The notes beneath the pieces were generated by a model that worked only from the letters and a program-made list of their open reading frames with translations, made no database searches and was not told the origin of the DNA. From Candidatus Iainarchaeum sp. (lineage in GTDB: Archaea > Iainarchaeota > Iainarchaeia > Iainarchaeales > VGJJ01), in assembly GCA_030688545.1 (NCBI GenBank), contig JAUYHT010000002.1:150001-182000 (forward strand): 32,000 nucleotides of DNA, written 5' to 3'. A program made the translations under genes and the position numbers. Shown one piece after another: positions 13,911 through 22,940 of the stretch (its first letter is position 1; each line of letters begins with the position of its first letter).

Positions 13911-16343
13911 ATGGTTGATATGGCAAGGAAAATGGGAATCATTGGCCTACTCCTTTTACTGGCTACCAGTGGGTTCGCCCTGGCCGCCGATCCCCCGAGT
14001 GGGTTGGATGCCACGCTCGCGTCGATGGTGACGAATGGATATGATGCCATTTATTCCAATCGGGGATGGTCCTCCTTGTATGACTTGCCCCAGACACGAT
14101 TTTCGTTAGACGAAGCGGATTTTTATGATAATGCCGCCGACTTTGGAGAAACCGGGATGTATGGCCTTGCGCTGCGTCAATTGGCCAACCCGGAGTATGA
14201 CCCATTCGGTATTTCGGAGGATGTAGAAACGCAAACTAAGAAATTGGGAGCCAATATCCTACCGTGGATTTGGGTTCCCGATACGGAAGATTTTGGGACG
14301 GCGGATGGGGCGTTAATGCCCAATGGGGGATTGGCCTATGTTCGGCCGGAGGTGCATGGCATTGTTGTCACGGACAACCAGTGCCGGGATGCCACGCTTC
14401 CCTATAATGAATATAGCATTCCTATTGACACGGTTAACAAGATCCCATTCTCCAACCTGCAAGGGATTGCGGGAACAGGGATCGCCTTACTTAATGCCGC
14501 CCAGAAGGATGAGACGAATCGAGATTCCTATTTGCGCATTGCCGAGCGCATGGGAACCCTCATTCTGGACAGCATGATTACTCCCGAAGGGGAAACATTT
14601 GGATTTCACCCCAATGAGATAATGGACAAATATGATAAAAGTATTCCCATCGGGATGGTGCCGTACCAATTCGCCCTAAAAACCACGGGGGAAGACACCC
14701 TTTCCTGTGGGGATGGGGGGACCATCAAACTCAATGAGAACCGGAAGACCTATCTGGCTTTGGCGGGGGTGTTCCTACAACACTTGCATGCCCAAACCGG
14801 GGAAGAAAAATTCGAGCGCGGCGCGAACTATATCTCGGAAGCCATCCTCTCCCAATTACAGTGCGACGGGAGCTTTGTGGATTACACCCGTTGGGAGGGG
14901 CCGGGGATCTATTCATACGTATGCAAACCCACTGATGGGAGCGCGGAATACGAAGCCTATCCTTCCAATGTGGCCGTGAGCCAGACGCAGGGATGGATAA
15001 TTGATTCGGCGCTCATCCTCAACCTCTTGCGTCTGAAAGATGACACCATTTATGTGTCGGATAAAGAATACAAGCGGTCGGTGCACTATTTCTTGGAGCT
15101 TGAGGAAACCGAAACGGGATCGGGATTCACTCGAAATGGAGACCCCATCAAGTACGCGAGCTATTCATTGGACATCCAAAACAGAGCGTATGGCCAGGTG
15201 CTCTTGGCCAATGTTTTCCTCCGCGCCTCCTGCCAGGAAAACGATTCTGGTATTGAATCCCGGCTCCAGACGAAAGCCTATCAATTAATCAACGGGGCCA
15301 ACACCGTTGTTCCCGCGGAATTGGATTACAAGATCGGCAGTGCCTTCATAGGAGACCCGGGGTTGCATGCGTATGCGCTCTCGGCCGCTGCGGACTCATG
15401 GAAAATAATCACGCGGGGATGTGAGGATTGCCGTGATAACGATGGCGACGGATACATTGATGGGGGGTGCGCCGGGGATATTGTGAAATACGATTGCAAC
15501 GACAACGATGCCTCCATCCACCCAGGGGCAGAGGAGGTATGCGATATGGTGGACAACGATTGCGATGGCGTGGTTGATAATGGATTCGATTTTGATGGGG
15601 ATGGTTATAGTGTGTGCAGCGAACCGGCGGACTGCAATGATGACGAATCGGATATTTATCCCGGGGCACCCGAAATAATCGACCAGAAGGATAATGATTG
15701 TAATCTCATCCCAGATGATACGGGGGTGCAGATCCATGTCACTAATGATTTGAACGCGGGAATAGGGAACGTGGATATTCTCCTCGTGGATTATGGGAAC
15801 GCCTGCATCAATGCGTTCAGCGATTTGGTGGGGAGTTTCGACCTGATTCGAAATAAGTGCACCATCGTCAAAACCTGCACCACGGATGAAAATGGGAGCT
15901 GCCTCATGTCCCTTACTAATAGTGGAAAATTCCAAGCATTGGGGGTGGTGGGGGATAAGGGATTGGAATCCGGACCCATCGAGTTCTCCCCGGGAGGACG
16001 GAATGAGGTTTCTCTCCAGGCCAAAGGGTTTGACGATAGCGCCGTGGATCAGAATGATAGTCGGTTGGCCAACAACCCCTCTCTGCTGGAATCAAACCCC
16101 TATTTGGGATTGGGACTTCTCGTGGTGGTATTGATCATCCTCGGGCTGGGAGGACTCTATATGCACAAGACCGGGAGACTGGGTGCAAAAGGAAAAGGGA
16201 ATAGTAGCCCATCGGCCTTGGCCACCCCAAAGAAAGGGTTTTCATTTCCCAAGATTACATTGCCAAAAATCCCCAAAGTAAAAATTTCAGTTGAGCCGGA
16301 AAAGAAAGGAAAAGTGTTGGGAAAATCGGATGGGAAGAAGTGA
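13911..16343 (+). CDS. large secreted, C-terminally membrane-anchored surface protein with Cys/Asp-rich MopE-type (putative metal-binding) repeats
   Basis: Signal peptide is MGIIGLLLLLATSGFALA. Repeats include CRDNDGDGYIDGGC, CNDNDASIHPGAEEVCDMVDNDCDGVVDNGFDFDGDGY and CNDDESDIYPGAPEIIDQKDNDCN. A C-terminal TM segment (LGLGLLVVVLIILGLGGLY) is followed by a Lys-rich tail. Confidence 0.8.
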   Translation: MVDMARKMGIIGLLLLLATSGFALAADPPSGLDATLASMVTNGYDAIYSNRGWSSLYDLPQTRFSLDEADFYDNAADFGETGMYGLALRQLANPEYDPFGISEDVETQTKKLGANILPWIWVPDTEDFGTADGALMPNGGLAYVRPEVHGIVVTDNQCRDATLPYNEYSIPIDTVNKIPFSNLQGIAGTGIALLNAAQKDETNRDSYLRIAERMGTLILDSMITPEGETFGFHPNEIMDKYDKSIPIGMVPYQFALKTTGEDTLSCGDGGTIKLNENRKTYLALAGVFLQHLHAQTGEEKFERGANYISEAILSQLQCDGSFVDYTRWEGPGIYSYVCKPTDGSAEYEAYPSNVAVSQTQGWIIDSALILNLLRLKDDTIYVSDKEYKRSVHYFLELEETETGSGFTRNGDPIKYASYSLDIQNRAYGQVLLANVFLRASCQENDSGIESRLQTKAYQLINGANTVVPAELDYKIGSAFIGDPGLHAYALSAAADSWKIITRGCEDCRDNDGDGYIDGGCAGDIVKYDCNDNDASIHPGAEEVCDMVDNDCDGVVDNGFDFDGDGYSVCSEPADCNDDESDIYPGAPEIIDQKDNDCNLIPDDTGVQIHVTNDLNAGIGNVDILLVDYGNACINAFSDLVGSFDLIRNKCTIVKTCTTDENGSCLMSLTNSGKFQALGVVGDKGLESGPIEFSPGGRNEVSLQAKGFDDSAVDQNDSRLANNPSLLESNPYLGLGLLVVVLIILGLGGLYMHKTGRLGAKGKGNSSPSALATPKKGFSFPKITLPKIPKVKISVEPEKKGKVLGKSDGKK

Positions 16344-16396
16344 GGAAATATTTTTTATTCGTTAAGGGACAATTTTTTTCTTTTGCAGGAAATAAT

Positions 16397-17677
16397 TTAT
16401 TTCTTTCCGCCGAATTCGGCCTTTTTACCTAATTCTTCCTCGATGCGGAGGAGGCGGTTGTATTTGCTGGTGCGCTCGCCCCGCATGAGGCCGCCGCACT
16501 TGATGTAATTGGATTCCCATCCCACCGCGAGGTCAGCGATGAACGTATCTTCAGTATCTCCCGCGCGATCCGAGATGATGGTGGTCCACTTCGCGGTTTG
16601 GGCGAGCATAAATGATTCCAGGGACTCGGAAAGCGTACCCACTTGATTGGGTTTCAAATCTAACCCATTGCAGGCCTTGAGATCCAGAACGCGTTTGATT
16701 CGGGTGGGGTTGGAAACTAACAAGTCGTCCCCAACTATGGCATGCTTGTGGCCGAAACGCGTCATGGCCCCCTGGAAACCGGGAATGTCATCCTCGGCAA
16801 AAGGGTCAATGAGCAAGGAAATGGGATAGGATTCAAGAAGGTTAGAATAGAAATTGACGAGCTGACGGTGCGTCATGGTCTTCCCAGTCAGGTGATACAT
16901 CCCTTTTTTCCTGAAATGAGACGCAGCCACATTGATGCCTAAACGGATTTGCTTATCGTATCCCAACTCTTTCACGGACGCGAGGATGAGGTTGAAGGCA
17001 ACCTCAATATCGGCGGTTGCGAGCGCCATGCCCCCCGAATCCCCTGCATTGAGGGAATGGGAATCGAATTGTTTGGAAGCGGAATCGCGCACGGTATGAT
17101 AGATCTCTGACCCCATCTGGATGGCATGGGCCATGCTCCGGGCCTTCAGGGGTTCGAGGAGAATCTCCTGAAAGGGCAAAACATTTCCCTTGGCATGGCT
17201 CCCTCCCGTGAATAGGGTGAATAATGGCATGGGCAAGGAAAAGGGTTTGGTACTCCCATCCTTTAGGGTGCGCAGATGCTCATAGAGTGGTTTTTCCTGG
17301 AGCAAAGCCCCCAACCGGGCGACGGCGAGGGAGGCGGCGATGGTGGCATTCCCCCCCAATTTGGTCTTTTGAGGGGTTCCATCGGCGTCAAGAATGAGCT
17401 TATCTACCTCATTTTGAGCGCAGGCATTCGCATCCTTGAGCTCGCGGGCTAATACGGTGTGGATTGATTTCAAGGGGGACTGGACCCCCATTCCGAGAAA
17501 GGGTTTTTCGCCATCCCTCAAATCGTGGGCCTCAAACCGACCTTTACTGACTCCAGATGGGGCCATGGCCGTGCCGATCATCCCATTGGAATGGGCCTCA
17601 ACCTCCACTGTGGGAAACCCCCGGGCATCCAATACCCAGCGCCCCTTCAGTTTTTCGACAGCAAACGGACTTTTCAT
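16397..17677 (-). CDS. eno: enolase-family protein with substituted catalytic/metal-ligand residues
   Basis: Collinear enolase blocks are PSGVSKGRFEAHDLRDG, GGSHA, IVGDDLLVSNP, LKPNQVGTLSES, TEDTFIADLAVG and KYNRLLRIEEELG. However, GDSGG replaces GDEGG, GINVAAS replaces (A/G)(M/L)DCA(A/S)S, LLIDPF replaces SIED, and SDRAGD replaces SHRSGE. Confidence 0.9.
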   Translation of the reverse strand: MKSPFAVEKLKGRWVLDARGFPTVEVEAHSNGMIGTAMAPSGVSKGRFEAHDLRDGEKPFLGMGVQSPLKSIHTVLARELKDANACAQNEVDKLILDADGTPQKTKLGGNATIAASLAVARLGALLQEKPLYEHLRTLKDGSTKPFSLPMPLFTLFTGGSHAKGNVLPFQEILLEPLKARSMAHAIQMGSEIYHTVRDSASKQFDSHSLNAGDSGGMALATADIEVAFNLILASVKELGYDKQIRLGINVAASHFRKKGMYHLTGKTMTHRQLVNFYSNLLESYPISLLIDPFAEDDIPGFQGAMTRFGHKHAIVGDDLLVSNPTRIKRVLDLKACNGLDLKPNQVGTLSESLESFMLAQTAKWTTIISDRAGDTEDTFIADLAVGWESNYIKCGGLMRGERTSKYNRLLRIEEELGKKAEFGGKK

Positions 17678-17875
17678 GCTTGATTCACACGGGGAAAAAT
17701 ACTGCTGTTGTTATGCGTGTAACCCTTTAAGAGCTCATGGGTGGGAGTGAATCGGCCTATGTTTGAGGAATAATTGGAATTTTCATGCATTGATTTGTTT
17801 TTTAAAGAGGGGGAAAATTGATTAGAAATCTATTAATTATGTAGCAGTAAGGTGGGCTTATTTATGAAAACAGGA

Positions 17876-18595
17876 TCAGGACACCCCAGATCGTTCACGC
17901 TGGCGTTCCAAAACCACCTTCTTGATGAGGGGAAAACCCTTCCCGCCCAACAATTCCTCGGCGATGGTGGTGGTGACGAAGGTATCGAGAAAATTGTAAT
18001 TGGGAGGAGATTCTTTCCCCTCGAGGAGACGCTGAATGCTATTCCAATCCCGCGACACATACCATAACCCTTCAATTTTTTCAGCGATGGGTTTGTCTCG
18101 GGAGGAAAGGGCATCGGTCATGAATGCCATGTCCACTTTTGAGAAGCGCCGGGTGTAAAACCCATCAAACCAATAATCATGCCCGATCAGGAGGGCTTTT
18201 TCAGGGGTGGCTCCCTTTTTCTCCAGAATGGCTTGCATCTGGACCTGACGAAAATACTCATCTTTGCAGTATGGGTCTTCCCCGCAGCGTTGATCATAAA
18301 GGATTTTATCCTCAGGGGACTTGGACGCGATATAAGCCTCATCCACGGCAAACACCATGGAGGGGTCAAAATAGGAAAAGAGGCTGAAATCTTTCATTTT
18401 AGTGTCGAAAACCTCTTTCTGGAGGGTCGAAATGAGAAAAATCCTCAATTCTGGATGGGATTTTCCGAATGTTTTCATGCCATCTAATAATGCCTTCGTC
18501 CCCTCTATCTTTAGGTTTGGATTGATCTTCCCGGGGATGAGGATATCCTCCAGGCAGAAAATAAGTATATCCTTAACCAAGGTGGCCATTCCCAT
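17876..18595 (-). CDS. hypothetical protein, possibly a HAD-like fold with a non-canonical motif I
   Basis: LIFCLEDILI aligns by eye with HAD motif I (hhhhDxDGTL), FLIST with motif II, and LLIGHDYWFDG with motif IV. This is weak and not search-supported. Confidence 0.5.
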   Translation of the reverse strand: MGMATLVKDILIFCLEDILIPGKINPNLKIEGTKALLDGMKTFGKSHPELRIFLISTLQKEVFDTKMKDFSLFSYFDPSMVFAVDEAYIASKSPEDKILYDQRCGEDPYCKDEYFRQVQMQAILEKKGATPEKALLIGHDYWFDGFYTRRFSKVDMAFMTDALSSRDKPIAEKIEGLWYVSRDWNSIQRLLEGKESPPNYNFLDTFVTTTIAEELLGGKGFPLIKKVVLERQRERSGVS

Positions 18596-18671
18596 AAGGG
18601 GGGATGAACCCTTAAAAGGACTCCCGCATGACCCCTTTAAAACATTTTTTCACGTAAAATAGTTAAATATT

Positions 18672-18944
18672 ATGAGGGCACTATCTATGGCAACCCGGGC
18701 GATCCAAAAAATGAGTGCGTGCGTGGTATGCGGAAAAAAGGCCACAGTCGAGAATACCTTCAAACTAGCCAGTTGCGGGACGCACGCGGAGCTGGGCACG
18801 CAAGCGCCTCCGTGTCCGGACTGCGAAACCAAAATGGTGGTGAAGATGGGCACCTCCCGCGCGTTCTGGAGCTGTCCCAAATATCCTCTTTGCTTCGGCA
18901 CCCGAAACCTGCTCAATCCATTCGAGGAAGTGGATCAGCTGTAG
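18672..18944 (+). CDS. small zinc-finger protein with a topoisomerase-type C4 zinc ribbon
   Basis: CVVCGKK...CGTH is followed by CPDCETKMVVKMGTSRAFWSCPKYPLC, which follows the CxxC-x(16-18)-CxxYPxC pattern of zf-C4_Topoisom. The start is uncertain: ATGs at 18672, 18687 and 18711. Confidence 0.65.
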   Translation: MRALSMATRAIQKMSACVVCGKKATVENTFKLASCGTHAELGTQAPPCPDCETKMVVKMGTSRAFWSCPKYPLCFGTRNLLNPFEEVDQL

Positions 18945-19051
18945 CTCGCCCTTAAAAAAGTAAAAATGGTCACACGGGAAAACTTATCTAATTGGATTTG
19001 ACCTATTTTTTCCTGCTAATCGCTCCCATTTTTTATTACCAATTAAAAATA

Positions 19052-19699
19052 TCATTCCTCTATTTTCTCTTTCGACTCCACTTCTTCTTCCACTCGAACA
19101 TCTCGGGAACGCAAGGGGTTGGGAATTTTCCCCAAAGCTTGGCGCAACCGCTCACGGTTGCTGACGCGACTGGGAACCTCTCCCTTCCAACGGGGAATAT
19201 CCCCTATATGCGCCAAACGGTGTTCCAAGAGGGTATGCCAATGGTAAAATTTAGTAATATTGGACACATCCACGAAGAATGAACTCGTCTCCATCGCCTG
19301 CCCCGGAAACTTTTCCCTGAACAGCTTGATGAAGACCTGGTATTCCCCATAATCAGGGTGCAGGGATTCTAGAAGGAAATGATGATTATTCAATCCCTCT
19401 CCTTCCGCGGCGAAGACCACATTCCCCTGCTCATTCCCCCATTGAATAATTTTTTTAAGAATGGCCGGGTGGGCGGCCTTGACGAATGTGAACGCATGAA
19501 AATCCAGGCCGAACCTTTCCAGATTAGGGAGGATGAGAAACCGATCCACGAACTTCTCCTCCCACAACCTAGTGCGGATGCGGGTGATCGTGGGTTGGGA
19601 GGTCTTCAACCGCGACGCGAGCTCCCTATCCGACAAACGGGCATTACGCGAAAGCTCGAGCAAAACCCTCTTTTCCTTGGATGAAAGGCCATTCTTCAT
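19052..19699 (-). CDS. Lrp/AsnC-like winged-helix transcriptional regulator with an extended C-terminal domain
   Basis: LSSKEKRVLLELSRNARLSDRELASRLKTSQPTITRIRTRLWEEKF is a typical HTH_AsnC-type N-terminus. Confidence 0.7.
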   Translation of the reverse strand: MKNGLSSKEKRVLLELSRNARLSDRELASRLKTSQPTITRIRTRLWEEKFVDRFLILPNLERFGLDFHAFTFVKAAHPAILKKIIQWGNEQGNVVFAAEGEGLNNHHFLLESLHPDYGEYQVFIKLFREKFPGQAMETSSFFVDVSNITKFYHWHTLLEHRLAHIGDIPRWKGEVPSRVSNRERLRQALGKIPNPLRSRDVRVEEEVESKEKIEE

Positions 19700-19721
19700 A
19701 TAAGAAACATGGTTTCTCTCC

Positions 19722-19728
19722 TTTTAAC
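19722..19728 (-). promoter_or_regulatory. TATA-like box for the Lrp-like gene
   Basis: The minus strand reads GTTAAAAGG, centred about 26 nt upstream of ATG 19699. Confidence 0.4.
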
Positions 19729-19942
19729 GCTTCTCGCCCTCATGACAGAAAAACAAGGAATGGCCTCCATTCTCCAAATAATGGGATAGTACATCCTTCA
19801 ATATGACCATTTTCATACCAAATATGAATTTTTGATACAGAATAACGGAATTATGGTTTTGGCAGGATTAAATATCAGGAGAGATGTAGAATGACACGAG
19901 GTGGTTGATGAAAAACGTCGGAAAAAAGATTTCCTAAACCTT

Positions 19943-20009
19943 GGTTTGGGAGGATAGGCTCACTCGGCTTGAACGAGAACCGACTCCCAACCACCTTTTT
20001 TCCTTTTTT
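19943..20009 (+). terminator. stem-loop followed by two T6 runs (orphan plus-strand terminator or sRNA 3' end)
   Basis: GGTTTGGGAG (19943-19952) pairs with CTCCCAACC (19984-19992), leaving one bulged T. TTTTTT follows at 19996-20001 and again at 20004-20009. Confidence 0.35.
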
Positions 20010-20048
20010 CCCCAATGCCCCTCCAATCCTCTCCATAAATTCTCCTCC

Positions 20049-20087
20049 GGGGCCGGGCTCGCGCCCGGCTCCACCCAAACTTTTTTT
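20049..20087 (+). terminator. GC hairpin plus T7 run (orphan plus-strand terminator or sRNA 3' end)
   Basis: GGGGCCGGGC-TCGC-GCCCGGCTCC forms 10 bp including one G-U that is valid only on the plus-strand RNA. TTTTTTT lies at 20081-20087. Confidence 0.4.
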
Positions 20088-20308
20088 GGAAAAAAATTGC
20101 CCAATATGCAACTCCTTTTTAGAGAATGGTTTTCCATTACTGACCTCTTTTTTGTAAAAATGGCCAAAATATACATTGTTTTGTTTTGGATAAAAAATGA
20201 GTTAGATGAAATACCAAACAGGTAGAGGGTGTCACGGCCCAAATCCCTTCCCCCACTCCGAAAGCGGCGCCGCCCCGCCACCGGCATTTTAACCCTATCC
20301 ACGCCATT

Positions 20309-20316
20309 TCTATATC
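20309..20316 (+). promoter_or_regulatory. TATA-like box for lhr
   Basis: TCTATATC lies about 30 nt upstream of ATG 20346. Confidence 0.4.
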
Positions 20317-20345
20317 ATCCATCCTTTCCCCCTTTATTCCATCGC

Positions 20346-22940
20346 ATGATCACCACCCTCACCCAAAAAGCGTCCGAGAAGGAGGTCTATGCCTCGCTCC
20401 ATCCCCTATTGGGGGGATATTTCCGTCACCACTTCAAGGGATTCACCGAGCCCCAATTGTATGCCATCGTGAATATCCACCAGCGCCAAAACATTCTCGT
20501 CTCGGCCCCCACCGGAACCGGAAAAACCCTTTCAGCATTCGCCGCGGTGCTGAGCGAACTCATGCAGTACGCGGATGCGGGAAACCTGGAGGACAAAGTA
20601 TACTGCGTCTATGTCTCCCCCCTCCGAGCGCTTTCCAATGACATCGAAAAAAACCTGAATCAACCCCTCGAAGAACTCCAGAAAGCCGCCCAAAAAATGG
20701 GAAAAACATACGACATCCGGGTGGGGGTACGCACAGGGGATACGCCGGCCAGCGAGCGCAGCAAGATGCTCCGGAAGCCCCCCCATATCCTCATAACAAC
20801 TCCCGAAAGCCTGGCCATCATGCTCGTGGCCCCCAAATTCTCCCAATCCTTCACCTCCACCCAATGGATTATTGTGGATGAGATTCATGCCCTGGCCTCC
20901 GGAAAAAGAGGGACTCAATTGGCCCTCAACCTTGAGATATTGCAACGGTTCTCCCCCTCCGTGACGCGAGTGGGGTTATCGGCCACGGTGGCGCCCATCG
21001 ATGAGATGGCCCAATTCCTTGTGGGGAATTGGCACGCCGGCACCCCCCGGGATTGCAAAGTGGTTGATATTGCGCACTTCAAAAAGATGGACATGAAAGT
21101 CCTATCCCCATTGCCTGACCTGATCAACACTTCCCAGAAAAAAATGGATGCGGCCGTTTACAAAACCCTGGATGATCTCATCTCGGCGCATCGCACCACC
21201 CTTATCTTCACCAACACCCGCGCGGCCACGGAAAGGGTCGTGCACCATCTCAAGGACCGCTTCCCCCACAAATACGAAGGGTTGATCGGGGCGCACCATT
21301 CGTCATTATCACGCGAACACCGATTGCAGGTGGAAGACCGACTGAAAAAAGGGGAATTGAAGGTGTGCGTGAGCTCCACTTCCCTTGAATTGGGAATCGA
21401 CATCGGATATATTGATTTAGTCATCCTCCTGGGCAGCCCCAAAGGGGTGGCGCGTGCCTTACAACGCATTGGACGCGCCGGACACAAGCTCCACGACCAA
21501 GTGAAGGGACGCATTGTGGTGTTGGATAGGGATGATTTGGTGGAATGCGGGGTGCTCCTCAAGAACGCCCTCGAGAAAAAGATTGACCGAATCCACATCC
21601 CCCAACGCCCATTGGATGTTTTGGCGCAACACCTTATTGGATTAGTTGTCAATGAACCCCGGGGCATCGATGAAGTGTATGAGGAGGTGCGACGGGCCTA
21701 CCCCTATACTAATCTTTCCCGGACGGAATTCCAGAGCATCCTGGACTACCTCTCCGGGGTGTATGCGGGGTTAGAGGTGCGGCATGTCTACGCCAAGATT
21801 TGGATGGACGAGAAAACAGGATTGATGGGCAAGCGGGGAAAGATGGCCCGTATTCTCTATATGACGAATGTGGGGACGATTCCGGATGAAGCCAAGATAA
21901 CCGTGAAGGTAGGCGAAACCCGTATTGGGACATTCGACGAGGCCTTTCTGGAACGCTTGCAAAAGGGAGATCGATTTGTATTGGGGGGAAATACGTTCGA
22001 GTTCCAATTCGCTCGAGGAATGACTGTTCAAGCCAAGGGGGCCATTGGAAAGCTCCCCACCGTCCCCGCATGGATATCCGAGATGCTTCCCCTCTCCTAT
22101 GATTTGGCCACCGACATCCAGGCCTTCCGCCGGCTCATGGAAGAGAAACTGGCCGCCAAGCGGTCAAAAAAAGAGGTAATGGCATTCATCGATTCGTATT
22201 TGTACGTGGATAAGAATGCGGCGGCCGCCATTTATGAATACATGCGCGAGCAGTACCGATTCTCCCACATTCCTCACTCGGGAAAAATAGTGGTGGAACA
22301 AGTGAAGGAAGAAGGGATGACCAACCTCGTATTCCATACTCTCTACGGCCGCCGCGTGAACGATGCCCTATCCCGAAGCTATGCGTATGCGCTTGGAAAG
22401 CTGATCCACCAGGATGTGGATATTTTATTGGGAGATAATGGGTTTGTGTTACGCCACAACGGGCGGGCGAGCGTGGAGAAGCTCATTGATGTCGTCCATT
22501 CATGGGAATTGGAAAAGATCATGCACGTGGCCCTGCGCAACTCCGAAGTATTGCGGCGACGATTCCGCCATTGCGCGACACGCGCCTTCATGATACTGCG
22601 TACTTATATGGGGCGAACCAAATCCGTTGGAAGGCAACAGATGAGCTCCCGCCTATTGCTATCCGCCATCCAGCGCATGGACGAGAACTTCCCCATTCTC
22701 CAAGAGGCCCGGCGGGAAGTCCTTGAGGATCTTATGGATGTCCATCACGCCCAAAAGGTGTTGCAGGACATCGAACAACACATGATCAAGGTCCAGATTG
22801 TTCATCTTCCTACTTTCTCCCCATTCGCCTTCAACCTGGTGGCCCAAGGACACTATGACATCGTCAAGATGGAGGACCGGCTCAGCTTTATCAAGCGCAT
22901 GCACGAGAAGGTATTGGCTCATGTCGCCCAAACTGCCTGA
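20346..22940 (+). CDS. lhr: Lhr-type (Lhr-core) ATP-dependent DEAD/DEAH-box helicase
   Basis: VSAPTGTGKT (motif I), VDEIH (motif II), SAT, IFTNTR, ELGIDIG and QRIGRAGH (motif VI), plus the long Lhr winged-helix/domain-4 C-terminal region. The 39-codon N-terminal extension in the track (from 20229) is rejected. Confidence 0.9.
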   Translation: MITTLTQKASEKEVYASLHPLLGGYFRHHFKGFTEPQLYAIVNIHQRQNILVSAPTGTGKTLSAFAAVLSELMQYADAGNLEDKVYCVYVSPLRALSNDIEKNLNQPLEELQKAAQKMGKTYDIRVGVRTGDTPASERSKMLRKPPHILITTPESLAIMLVAPKFSQSFTSTQWIIVDEIHALASGKRGTQLALNLEILQRFSPSVTRVGLSATVAPIDEMAQFLVGNWHAGTPRDCKVVDIAHFKKMDMKVLSPLPDLINTSQKKMDAAVYKTLDDLISAHRTTLIFTNTRAATERVVHHLKDRFPHKYEGLIGAHHSSLSREHRLQVEDRLKKGELKVCVSSTSLELGIDIGYIDLVILLGSPKGVARALQRIGRAGHKLHDQVKGRIVVLDRDDLVECGVLLKNALEKKIDRIHIPQRPLDVLAQHLIGLVVNEPRGIDEVYEEVRRAYPYTNLSRTEFQSILDYLSGVYAGLEVRHVYAKIWMDEKTGLMGKRGKMARILYMTNVGTIPDEAKITVKVGETRIGTFDEAFLERLQKGDRFVLGGNTFEFQFARGMTVQAKGAIGKLPTVPAWISEMLPLSYDLATDIQAFRRLMEEKLAAKRSKKEVMAFIDSYLYVDKNAAAAIYEYMREQYRFSHIPHSGKIVVEQVKEEGMTNLVFHTLYGRRVNDALSRSYAYALGKLIHQDVDILLGDNGFVLRHNGRASVEKLIDVVHSWELEKIMHVALRNSEVLRRRFRHCATRAFMILRTYMGRTKSVGRQQMSSRLLLSAIQRMDENFPILQEARREVLEDLMDVHHAQKVLQDIEQHMIKVQIVHLPTFSPFAFNLVAQGHYDIVKMEDRLSFIKRMHEKVLAHVAQTA

